DNA of 43,668 bases from positions 1-43,668 of the forward strand of contig JAGUWT010000284.1 of the NCBI GenBank assembly GCA_020062205.1. Direction: 5' to 3'. A model generated the notes under the pieces. That model saw only the letters and a program-made list of their open reading frames with translations. It did not search any database and was not told the DNA's origin. The position numbers and the translations under genes are program-made. Numbering within the stretch: the first letter of the stretch is position 1; every line of letters starts with the position of its first letter. Positions 15,856-24,619 of this stretch are shown here, in pieces. Origin of the DNA: Thermodesulfovibrionales bacterium. Its GTDB lineage: Bacteria; Nitrospirota; Thermodesulfovibrionia; Thermodesulfovibrionales; SM23-35.

Positions 15856-17625
15856 ATGCAATTCGTGGGTGTTGTAGACAGTGACAAAGATATTCCCCTG
15901 AAACTCTCTGAAAAGGGTTTCCAACGTATTATTCAGGACGAGGGTTTTGCTCTTTTCATCAGGAATGGAAATCCCCAAAAAGATTTCTCCTTGTCAGAAT
16001 ACCATGATATCCATCTCCTGATAATTGGCCATATAACGAATGGAGAAGAGATAATCAAAAGAGACGATATCTCATACAAGGAAACGAAAACGGTTTTATG
16101 CGAATCTCTTATTCGAAATTATCTTGACAGTGGGGAACAAGCATTCTCACAGCTTGATGGTTCTTATGTAATTATATTGTGGGATGGAAATAAAAAGGGA
16201 CTTTATGTCCAAAGAGATTGTTACGGAACAAAATGTTTGTATTACTACATCACCAAAGACAAAGGTGTCATTTTCTCAAACAGTCTGGACATCCTCATAA
16301 GAACGAAAAAGCAAAAAGACATAGCAAGAAAGGCACTTCATGAATATCTTCGATTTTTAGACATATCGCCTCCATATACCATATATGAAAATGTTTTTTC
16401 CCTTGAGCCAGAGAAAACATTGATTGTTCACGATGGAGAAGTGTTTCTCAAAGACATAGCAGAACAGAGCATAAACGAACAGAAGAGTATCACCTTATCA
16501 GAAGCGGTAGAAGATTTTAAACGTCTGATGCTCCAGAGTATTGAGAGGAGGATACAACATTCACAGCGAACAGGGGTTTTTCTAAGCGGAGGGATTGATT
16601 CTGCACTCATTTGTGCCTTGGCATCAAAAATCAATAGCAATCTCAAGGTCTATACTGTTGGTTTTGATAACCCTCGATATGATGAATCGAATATTGCTCA
16701 CGATATCACAACGTTTCTTGGATTGGAACATCACATTTTTAAATTTAGTATTAAAGAAGACCTCCAGGCGTTTACTGATTTTGTTTCTACTATACCTTCA
16801 CCATTTGCTGATCCAGCTGCTATTCCGACATTCCAATGTTTTCAAAAGATGTATAACAGTATAGATGTAGTATTAGATGGAACTGGAGCCGATTCTTTGA
16901 TTGGCATTATGCCAGCACGGCACATAAGATTTATTCTGAGATATTTGCGTTATATTCCTTACAGATTAAGACATTTTATTTCTTCCCTATTGAAACAAAC
17001 TACAATATTATCATCCTACTGCGATCTTTTTAATTTTACAGAACCTGAAGAATTACTAATTCGATGGAGAGGATGGACAAAAGAAGAGATATCAGTACTT
17101 TGCAACCAAAGATGTGATTTATCACATACAAGATTTTATAAAGTTTTTGCTGAAAATTCTTCAAAACATCCTTATGAGCTTTATGGAATATTATTAAGTG
17201 CTATGCCTGATGATAGGATAATTCAGTTGTCAACACAATTTAGATTACATATTGCTTTCCCATTTTGGGATAAGAACGTTAGACAATTTGGTGAAAATCT
17301 TCCAATAAAATATAAACACAACGATGGTACGTCTAAATTACTATATAAAAAAATATTACAAGAGTTTATCCCTCAAAGTATATGGGATCGACCAAAACAT
17401 GGTTTTGATTATCCTTTTGAAAACTTGCTCAAATATAATGACTATGAACTGCCAAAGTCTTTTCTTTCTAAGGACGCTATTGATGAACATGGGCTCTTTG
17501 ACTTTTCAATTGTGGAGAAATATGTACAGAGTTTTTTGAATAGTGATGATTCACTGAAATTCAAAATATGGGCTTTAGTTCTTTTTCAGGCATGGTATCA
17601 CAAACACTATAAGATCATACAATGA
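15856..17625 (+). CDS. asparagine synthase (AsnB) family protein lacking the N-terminal Cys nucleophile
   Basis: ATG 15856 lies 1 nt after the upstream stop. The N-terminus is MQFVGVV instead of MCGI. The Ntn-like domain is retained (LDGSYVIILWDG, RDCYGTKCLYYY), and so is the PP-loop GVFLSGGIDSALI. Confidence 0.85.
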   Translation: MQFVGVVDSDKDIPLKLSEKGFQRIIQDEGFALFIRNGNPQKDFSLSEYHDIHLLIIGHITNGEEIIKRDDISYKETKTVLCESLIRNYLDSGEQAFSQLDGSYVIILWDGNKKGLYVQRDCYGTKCLYYYITKDKGVIFSNSLDILIRTKKQKDIARKALHEYLRFLDISPPYTIYENVFSLEPEKTLIVHDGEVFLKDIAEQSINEQKSITLSEAVEDFKRLMLQSIERRIQHSQRTGVFLSGGIDSALICALASKINSNLKVYTVGFDNPRYDESNIAHDITTFLGLEHHIFKFSIKEDLQAFTDFVSTIPSPFADPAAIPTFQCFQKMYNSIDVVLDGTGADSLIGIMPARHIRFILRYLRYIPYRLRHFISSLLKQTTILSSYCDLFNFTEPEELLIRWRGWTKEEISVLCNQRCDLSHTRFYKVFAENSSKHPYELYGILLSAMPDDRIIQLSTQFRLHIAFPFWDKNVRQFGENLPIKYKHNDGTSKLLYKKILQEFIPQSIWDRPKHGFDYPFENLLKYNDYELPKSFLSKDAIDEHGLFDFSIVEKYVQSFLNSDDSLKFKIWALVLFQAWYHKHYKIIQ

Positions 17626-17723
17626 TTTTTGAAGACTTTAAGGAAAGTTCTCTATAAGGTTAGGTCAAAATTATTCATAGTTGAGAGGGCTTTGCCATTT
17701 GAGCTTTCACTACAGAGGTAAAC

Positions 17724-18992
17724 ATGACACATTCTTTAGGAGAATTTAGGCCCCAACTGGTACTTAATGTTATGGATAGGGAATTGGGACTATTAGGTTA
17801 TGTGGTTATAGACCGTACTATTGATGGATGCTCTTCTGGGGGTATAAGAATGACGTCGGATTTGACCCTCGACGAAGTAGCGAATCTTGCCAGAGAAATG
17901 ACCCTTAAATTTGGGTTTTTAAACATTCCTTGTGGAGGTGCAAAGGCAGGTATTATAGCTTCATCATCCCTTTCTAAGGAGAAGAGGAGGCAAGTATTAT
18001 TAGGATTTGGAAAAAGTTTGGGCCCACTTTTACTAAGTGGAATTTACCGACCCGGCACAGATATGGGAACATCTCCAGAAGATCTATATTATATTTGGAG
18101 AGGAGCTGGAAGAAAAGTTCGACCAGAGGTATTCCAAAATACTGAATCAGGATATTATGCTGCATTAACTGTTTTTATTACTGCAGAGAAATTAATCGAC
18201 TATCTGGGATTAAGTCTGCCTAATTGTTCTGTGGCTATAGAAGGGTTTGGAAAATTAGGATTATCAGTAGCTAGACTTTTTTCAGATGCCTGTGCAAAAA
18301 TTGTCGCCATTTCTACTATCGAAGGAGCAATATACAATCCTGAGGGTCTAAATATTTCCAAGCTAATAACATTAAAAAATAAATTTAATGATAAAGTTAT
18401 AGCAAATTACCGCGATGCTGAGATGATAACAAAAGAAGAATTATTGACTTTGGATGTGGATGTTTTAATCCCTTGCGCAGGACCCGATACTCTTAATCTT
18501 GCGAATATACCACACTTAAAGGCAAAGATAATCGTTCCCGGAGCTAATATAGCCGCTACTGGCGAAGCCGAAAATCTTATGTTTGAAAGGGGAATACATT
18601 ACGTCCCCGGGTTTGTTTCAAATTGTGGTGAGATATTAAAACATTTTTTGCTGGCTCAAGGTCTTGGCGAAAAGGATATCCAAAAAATGATAAAGGAAAG
18701 GTTCGGTAGAAAGATTTCTAATTTACTGGAAATTTCTTATAAACGGGGGATACCATTAGGGCGAATAGCGAGGAAGATTTCTTGGCAAAGAGTGAAGAAC
18801 ATGGAGGAAAGGCGAGAGAGTGATCTGAGAGATAAGGGCCTTTTATTAAAAATGCTGACAAAATTATCTAGATCAAACTTCCTACCCTATAAAATCACAG
18901 TGATGTTAAAATGGTTTATGAAATTCATGACCAATCCATATGTTAATAGGACGTTACCCAAAGATTACAAAGGCGATAGTTCCGCCATATAA
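17724..18992 (+). CDS. Glu/Leu/Phe/Val dehydrogenase family protein
   Basis: RBS agagg. Motifs SSGGIRM, LAREMTLKFGFLNIPCGGAKAGI (both conserved Lys present) and the dinucleotide fold IEGFGKLGLSVA. Confidence 0.85.
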   Translation: MTHSLGEFRPQLVLNVMDRELGLLGYVVIDRTIDGCSSGGIRMTSDLTLDEVANLAREMTLKFGFLNIPCGGAKAGIIASSSLSKEKRRQVLLGFGKSLGPLLLSGIYRPGTDMGTSPEDLYYIWRGAGRKVRPEVFQNTESGYYAALTVFITAEKLIDYLGLSLPNCSVAIEGFGKLGLSVARLFSDACAKIVAISTIEGAIYNPEGLNISKLITLKNKFNDKVIANYRDAEMITKEELLTLDVDVLIPCAGPDTLNLANIPHLKAKIIVPGANIAATGEAENLMFERGIHYVPGFVSNCGEILKHFLLAQGLGEKDIQKMIKERFGRKISNLLEISYKRGIPLGRIARKISWQRVKNMEERRESDLRDKGLLLKMLTKLSRSNFLPYKITVMLKWFMKFMTNPYVNRTLPKDYKGDSSAI

Positions 18993-19006
18993 GATTAGTG
19001 AAATCG

Positions 19007-20077
19007 ATGAAAATTTTAGTCCCAGATCACTATAGTAAAGAACATATAGAAAAGATTAAAGCGGTCTCAAAAGATATAGAGGTAGTCGGGTTGGGAGTAC
19101 AAAAACAATTTCAAGGTTTTCATGCATTATTATATAAGTTTTTACCTCTTACATTATACCGCAAATTTGCTCCCTTCCTCCATAAACAAAAACCTGTCTA
19201 TAAGGTTACAATTGATGAAAAAGATCTTAATGGGCCGCTAAACGATGTTTATATCCTCTTATCTTCTTGGATCATAAATTCAGATATTCTGGCCAACTTG
19301 TTACCATTTCTCCCTAATTTGCGGTGGATTCATTCAACTGTAACTGGTGTAAATCATCTGCTGTGTCCTGACATACTCAATAATAATATCCAAATTACGA
19401 GCTCTAAGGGTGTTCACAGTGTAGCGGTTGCAGAATTTGTTTTAGCTTTGATGCTTGCATTTAGTAAGAGAATTCCAGAACATATCCATCTTCAACAAAA
19501 AAAGAAGTGGCAGGTATTAAAGGCTGGCGAACTTGCTGATAAAACAGTTGGAATAGTGGGCTTTGGGAATATAGGCCGGGAAATAGCTAAAAAGGCCAGG
19601 ATTATGGGAATGAAAGTAGTTGCTATTAGAAGAAATTCGGTGGAGAGTAACAATGTCGATATATTGCTTTCTGCAGAAGGATTACAGGAATTATTGATTG
19701 TCTCTGATTTTGTAGTAATTTCTGCTCCTTTGACTAAAGAGACTTCTGGAATTATTGGAGAAGTAGAATTGAGAACAATGAAGAAAACTGCATATCTCAT
19801 TAATATTTCCCGGGAAGAGATCGTGCAAAAAGAGGCTTTGATGAGAGCATTAAAACAGAAGTGGATTGCCGGAGCCTGTATCGATGTCTTTCATCAACAA
19901 CCTCTCCTCCAGAATAGTCCATACTATTCACTGCCTAATTTAATTATCACTCATCATAGTGCTTATTTTACACCTGATGCAAATAAAAAGATTTTCGACT
20001 TTTTTCTTACTAACCTGAAAAGATTTATCACTGGAGACGAGCTTCTTGGTAAGGTAGATAAGAAAAGCGGTTATTAA
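19007..20077 (+). CDS. D-isomer-specific 2-hydroxyacid dehydrogenase family protein
   Basis: MKILVPDH start; GTG 18998 is also possible. NAD fold VGIVGFGNIGREIAKKA, Arg in NISREEIV, then IDVFHQQP (Gln where Glu is usual) and ITHHSAY (catalytic His). Confidence 0.8.
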   Translation: MKILVPDHYSKEHIEKIKAVSKDIEVVGLGVQKQFQGFHALLYKFLPLTLYRKFAPFLHKQKPVYKVTIDEKDLNGPLNDVYILLSSWIINSDILANLLPFLPNLRWIHSTVTGVNHLLCPDILNNNIQITSSKGVHSVAVAEFVLALMLAFSKRIPEHIHLQQKKKWQVLKAGELADKTVGIVGFGNIGREIAKKARIMGMKVVAIRRNSVESNNVDILLSAEGLQELLIVSDFVVISAPLTKETSGIIGEVELRTMKKTAYLINISREEIVQKEALMRALKQKWIAGACIDVFHQQPLLQNSPYYSLPNLIITHHSAYFTPDANKKIFDFFLTNLKRFITGDELLGKVDKKSGY

Positions 20078-20146
20078 GTCTAATATATCCAGAAGGCTAA
20101 CTGAGATTTTTACCCCCTATTTACTTTAGTTTTACCAACCAGTTTT

Positions 20147-21325
20147 ATGAAGAATTGGTCATTTCAACCTCATATGGAAAAGCCAATCAAGGTTTGCATG
20201 TTTACTTATTATTTTCCCCCTCAATATAGCGGAGCGGCATTGCAGGCAATCAGCCTGGCAAAAAAGCTCAGAAACAGGAGGGTCGAAGTTTTCTTTTTAA
20301 CTGTGAATCATGATGATCTGCCCGAAACTGATGAGGTAGAGGGTTTTAAGGTGCATAGAATAAAAGAGGGAAAGGGGAAATGGGTGGAATTTCTTCTATG
20401 GAAAAATATGTGGAACTTGTTAAGACATCAAAAAAGCGAGTTTGATATAGTCCACTCCCATGGGGCATACCTTCGAAATAGTTTTGTTGGTCCACTTTCG
20501 AAACTTATAGGAAAAAAAAGCCTCGTCAAAGTGAGTCTTTCAAATAATGACCTTCAAGGACTTGGAAATGGAAAGAGTGGACGATTACATAAATGGTTTC
20601 TCACAATGATTGATAGATGTGTCTCTATCAGTAAGGATATTACCAGTGAATTACGATCTTACGGGTTAACACAAGAAAAAATAAGAGAGATACCAAATGG
20701 TGTTGATACGGAAAGATTCTGTCCTGTGTCTGCTGAGGAGAAGATTATCCTGCGAAGGAAGGCAGGGTTGCCTGAAAAGGGTCTGATGTTGCTTTACGTC
20801 GGCGGAATTAGTAAACGTAAAAATGTGAAATGGCTGATAGAAAGGTGGGATAAATTTAACCGTAATTACCCAGGGTTTCTCGTGATCGTTGGGCCTATAA
20901 GCCGTGAAGACAAAGATAAGAGCATGTATAACAGTCTTAAAGCCTATGAGGATAAGTTAAGAGGTAAGCTCTTCATTATTCAGTTTATAGATAAAATAGA
21001 AGACTTTTACAAAATGGCTGATACCTTTATTTTACCTTCAACCAATGAAGGGATGCCCAATGTGGTGTTGGAGGCTATGGCTTGCGGCCTTCCATGTCTT
21101 GTCAACAAGGTGAGTGGTGCTGAAGACATCATTAATGGAGACAATGGTCTGCTTTTTGATGTTCAGAAACCTGAGACCTTACTGGGCGCATTGATTAAAT
21201 TGAATGACGCATCTTTAATATCTGAGATAGGCGTGAAAGCTCGTAAGACGATAATAAATGGATTTTCTCTTGAAAGTGTTGCTGAAAAGTACGTAAATCT
21301 TTATGAAGAAATGCTAAAGAGATGA
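20147..21325 (+). CDS. glycosyltransferase family 4 (GT-B)
   Basis: Motifs FPPQYSGAA, NGVDTERF and STNEGMPNVVLEAMACGLPCLVNKVSGAEDII. An alternative start at ATG 20174 is possible. Confidence 0.85.
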   Translation: MKNWSFQPHMEKPIKVCMFTYYFPPQYSGAALQAISLAKKLRNRRVEVFFLTVNHDDLPETDEVEGFKVHRIKEGKGKWVEFLLWKNMWNLLRHQKSEFDIVHSHGAYLRNSFVGPLSKLIGKKSLVKVSLSNNDLQGLGNGKSGRLHKWFLTMIDRCVSISKDITSELRSYGLTQEKIREIPNGVDTERFCPVSAEEKIILRRKAGLPEKGLMLLYVGGISKRKNVKWLIERWDKFNRNYPGFLVIVGPISREDKDKSMYNSLKAYEDKLRGKLFIIQFIDKIEDFYKMADTFILPSTNEGMPNVVLEAMACGLPCLVNKVSGAEDIINGDNGLLFDVQKPETLLGALIKLNDASLISEIGVKARKTIINGFSLESVAEKYVNLYEEMLKR

Positions 21326-21421
21326 TTCTTATGCACTATATCTGCAATTTAAATCACAAACAGAGCGGAGAAAAATATAGGTAGACTTGATGAATATATT
21401 TAAAGCATAAACAAACATAAG

Positions 21422-22693
21422 ATGTCCGTACGTGATTTAATTACATTTACAGTCATACTCGGTAGTCTTCCATTTTGCTTTTTGAGGCCATGGATTGGCA
21501 TACTGGTATTCTCCTGGATAGGATACATGAATCCCCATCGATTCACATGGGGAGCAGCCTATGATTTCCCCTTTGCTTTTATTGTTGCCATAACAACACT
21601 TGCAGGCTACATTTTCACTAAAGATAAGGATAAACTTTACATGGAAAAGGAAACTATTTTGATTATTTTACTCTGGATTGTTTTTACACTAACAAGTTTT
21701 TCTGCCTTCTATCCTGTTCAAGCATGGCAGATGTGGGGAAAAACATCTAAAATCCTTTTAATATCTCTTATTACAATACCTCTCTTCATTGATAAGAAAA
21801 GACTCCGCTACCTTCTACTGACAATTGCCCTTTCCCTCGGATTTCTCGGGATAAAAGGGGGTATTTTTTCCATAGCAAAGGCGGGAGCCTATAATGTGAG
21901 GGGACCAGAAGGCTCATTTATAGGTGGAGAAGGGGACTTTGGATTGGCTCTGAATATGACGTTACCTCTGCTTTTCTATCTAGCAAAGGAAGAAACGAAT
22001 AAGAAACTAAAAATCCTTCTTCAATCAGCTTTTGTTATGTCAATCTTATCTGTAATATTTACCTGTCGCCGTGGTGCCTTTTTGGGATTAGCTGCAGTTA
22101 TTTTAATATTAGCGTTAAAAGCGAATAAGAAGATAATAAGTGCTGCGATTTTATCTTTAGCACTTATCATTGCTCCATATTTTTTAACAGAGAAGTGGTT
22201 TGGAAGGATAGAGACAATAAGTTCTTATGAAGAAGATTCCTCTGCCATGGGAAGGATTAATGCATGGAAGATGGCATGGAATGTGGCAAGGGATAGACCA
22301 TTAATGGGCTCAGGATTTGAGGGGCTTAAGTGGGGAACCGTAGAACGATATTCACCAGCTCCTGATGCAACAGCAGGAGATGTTCACAGTATTTATTTTG
22401 AGGTACTCGGAGAACATGGTTTTATTGCATTTGGACTTTTTATTGCCCTACTGCTATCAGCCATGTCGAGCCTCCGGAAACTCAAGAAGACATTTAAGAA
22501 TAATCCGTCGTATAAATGGTTATGCAATTATGTTGACATGATTCAGGTAAGCATTATTGCTTATATGGTCTGTGGAACATTTCTTGGAAGGGCATATTTT
22601 GACCTTTTTTACCATTTAGTAGTTATAGTGGTGATTTTAAAAGTACTCGCCAAGAAGGAACTCATCAACCAGCAAAACTCTTTAAGCCAGTGA
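21422..22693 (+). CDS. O-antigen ligase / Wzy-like polytopic membrane protein (of the kind associated with exosortase loci)
   Basis: About 10 hydrophobic segments. The loop RINAWKMAWNVARDRPLMGSGFEG and HSIYFEVLGEHGFIAFGLF are typical of the O-antigen ligase domain. Confidence 0.8.
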   Translation: MSVRDLITFTVILGSLPFCFLRPWIGILVFSWIGYMNPHRFTWGAAYDFPFAFIVAITTLAGYIFTKDKDKLYMEKETILIILLWIVFTLTSFSAFYPVQAWQMWGKTSKILLISLITIPLFIDKKRLRYLLLTIALSLGFLGIKGGIFSIAKAGAYNVRGPEGSFIGGEGDFGLALNMTLPLLFYLAKEETNKKLKILLQSAFVMSILSVIFTCRRGAFLGLAAVILILALKANKKIISAAILSLALIIAPYFLTEKWFGRIETISSYEEDSSAMGRINAWKMAWNVARDRPLMGSGFEGLKWGTVERYSPAPDATAGDVHSIYFEVLGEHGFIAFGLFIALLLSAMSSLRKLKKTFKNNPSYKWLCNYVDMIQVSIIAYMVCGTFLGRAYFDLFYHLVVIVVILKVLAKKELINQQNSLSQ

Positions 22694-22727
22694 AAAACCA
22701 ATTAGATCAGTAAGGCAGATTATACCC

Positions 22728-23846
22728 GTGAGACCAATAAGGGTTCTTCATCTCATTCAAGGGCTTGAAGTAGGCGGTTTAGAGAACATAGTAGTTAGTT
22801 TGTTGAAAGGGCTTTGCAGAGAACGTTATCAACCATCTATCTGTTGTTATGATTCCTTGGGGTCTCTTACCCAGTCCCTTGATGGAACAATCAACATCCA
22901 TTATTTAAAGAGAAAAGCGGGGATTGACTATATGTATCCTTTTAAACTGGCTTCTATCCTCAAAAGAGAAAATGCCCAGATACTCCATCTTCATAATTCT
23001 ACAGCGTTTTTTTATGGGGTAATAGCAGGAAAGATTGCAAGGGTTCCGGCTATTGTATATACAGAGCATGCGAGGGATGTCTTTCCGAATCTTAAGGTCA
23101 GGATTACTGATAAAATACTATCTTTCTTTACAGACAGAGTGACAGTTGTAGCAGATTACTTGAAAAATAATTTAATTAAATACGAGTGGTTTAATCCTTC
23201 AAAAATTATGACTATTTATAATGGAATAGACGACTCCAAATTTGGAATCAAAAGTGATTCTGCAGAGATAAAGAGAGAATTAGGCATTTTCAGGTTTAAT
23301 AGAATAATTGGCATAGTTGCCCGGTTAGATCCAATAAAAAATCACAAAAATCTTATTGCAGCAATGCAAAACGTCATCAAAGAATTCCCTGATACCGTTT
23401 TGCTTACAATTGGAGATGGCCCTTTCAAAGATGAGCTGAAATCCTTTGTCATGGAATGCAAGCTTGAAAAACATATCATGTTTTTAGGAACAAGGGATGA
23501 TATTCCACGGTTGTTATCGATTATTGATGTTTTTGTAATTTGTTCTTCAAGTGAGGGGTTGCCTTTAACCTTGCTGGAGGCAATGGCAGCAGGAAAACCT
23601 ATTGTAGCAACGTATGTTGGTGGGATCCCTGAGATCATAGAACATGATATCGATGGTCTCTTAATTCCTCCTCATAATACAGAGGCCCTTTCAGATGCAA
23701 TTATGAAATTACTGAGAAACACGGAAAAAGCAAGGCTATTGGGCATAATGGCAAAAAGAAAATTTGAGAAAAATTTCAGTCTTTCATTGATGGTAAAAAA
23801 ATATGAAGAAGTTTATGAGTCTCTGATGTCAGTCACGCCAGTTTAG
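22728..23846 (+). CDS. glycosyltransferase family 4 (GT-B)
   Basis: GTG start. Motifs IRVLHLIQGLEVGGLENIVV, NGIDDSKF and SSSEGLPLTLLEAMAAGKPIVATYVGGIPEII. Confidence 0.85.
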   Translation: MRPIRVLHLIQGLEVGGLENIVVSLLKGLCRERYQPSICCYDSLGSLTQSLDGTINIHYLKRKAGIDYMYPFKLASILKRENAQILHLHNSTAFFYGVIAGKIARVPAIVYTEHARDVFPNLKVRITDKILSFFTDRVTVVADYLKNNLIKYEWFNPSKIMTIYNGIDDSKFGIKSDSAEIKRELGIFRFNRIIGIVARLDPIKNHKNLIAAMQNVIKEFPDTVLLTIGDGPFKDELKSFVMECKLEKHIMFLGTRDDIPRLLSIIDVFVICSSSEGLPLTLLEAMAAGKPIVATYVGGIPEIIEHDIDGLLIPPHNTEALSDAIMKLLRNTEKARLLGIMAKRKFEKNFSLSLMVKKYEEVYESLMSVTPV

Positions 23847-23873
23847 CCCGTTAAGTCCGATTAGTCAGTTTAA
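23838..23873. repeat. 9-nt tandem array x4 overlapping the GT4 stop
   Basis: Units are ccagtttag cccgttaag tccgattag tcagtttaa. Confidence 0.6.
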
Positions 23874-23900
23874 GAATTCAGAAGTCTACGCTATGTATTG

Positions 23901-23937
23901 ATTACAATAACCCAATAACTAAATTACTTAGTAACTC
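23901..23937. repeat. AATAAC/AGTAAC-type short tandem array upstream of cysC
   Basis: Sequence is attacaataacccaataactaaattacttagtaactc. Confidence 0.6.
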
Positions 23938-23974
23938 TTTTGATTATTGAAATTCAAAAAAAGGAGACTTTAGC

Positions 23975-24583
23975 ATGGATAACAATAGGAAAAATCTTTA
24001 CTGGCATAAACATTCTGTGACAGTAGAAGATCGATGGGAAAGTTTTGGATACAAGAGTTGTGTATTATGGTTCACTGGTTTATCGGCATCTGGTAAATCT
24101 ACCCTGGCCAATTCTCTGTGTAGAGAACTCCATGCCATAGGGGTTAATTGTTATGTATTAGATGGTGATAATATCCGTCACGGACTGAATAAAGATCTTG
24201 GATTCAGTCCTGAAGACAGAAAAGAAAATATCCGCAGAATTGCAGAAGTTGCAAAACTCTTTGTCGATGCTGGATTAATAATCATGACTGCATTTATATC
24301 ACCTTTTACAGAAGATCGAAATGACGCAAAAAAACTTTTCAAGGAAGGTGAATTTATTGAGATATATGTAAAATGTCCACTATCAGAGTGTGAAAAACGT
24401 GATCCAAAAGGGGTTTATAAAAGGGCAAAGGCAGGAGAAATAAAAGAATTTACGGGTATTTCATCTCCCTATGAAAAACCTGGAAATCCTGAGATAGTGT
24501 TAGAGACTGACAAGATGTCTGTAAATGAGTGTGTAGAGAGTGTTTTAGATTGTCTGGTTAAAGGCGGATACATTGTTCGATAA
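23975..24583 (+). CDS. cysC: adenylyl-sulfate (APS) kinase
   Basis: RBS aggag. Motifs VLWFTGLSASGKSTLA (P-loop), LDGDNIRHGLNKDLGFSPEDRKENIRRIAEVAKLF and ISPF. Confidence 0.95.
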   Translation: MDNNRKNLYWHKHSVTVEDRWESFGYKSCVLWFTGLSASGKSTLANSLCRELHAIGVNCYVLDGDNIRHGLNKDLGFSPEDRKENIRRIAEVAKLFVDAGLIIMTAFISPFTEDRNDAKKLFKEGEFIEIYVKCPLSECEKRDPKGVYKRAKAGEIKEFTGISSPYEKPGNPEIVLETDKMSVNECVESVLDCLVKGGYIVR

Positions 24584-24619
24584 TGGTTTAATCAGAAAGG
24601 TTATGACAGGGGGTGATAG

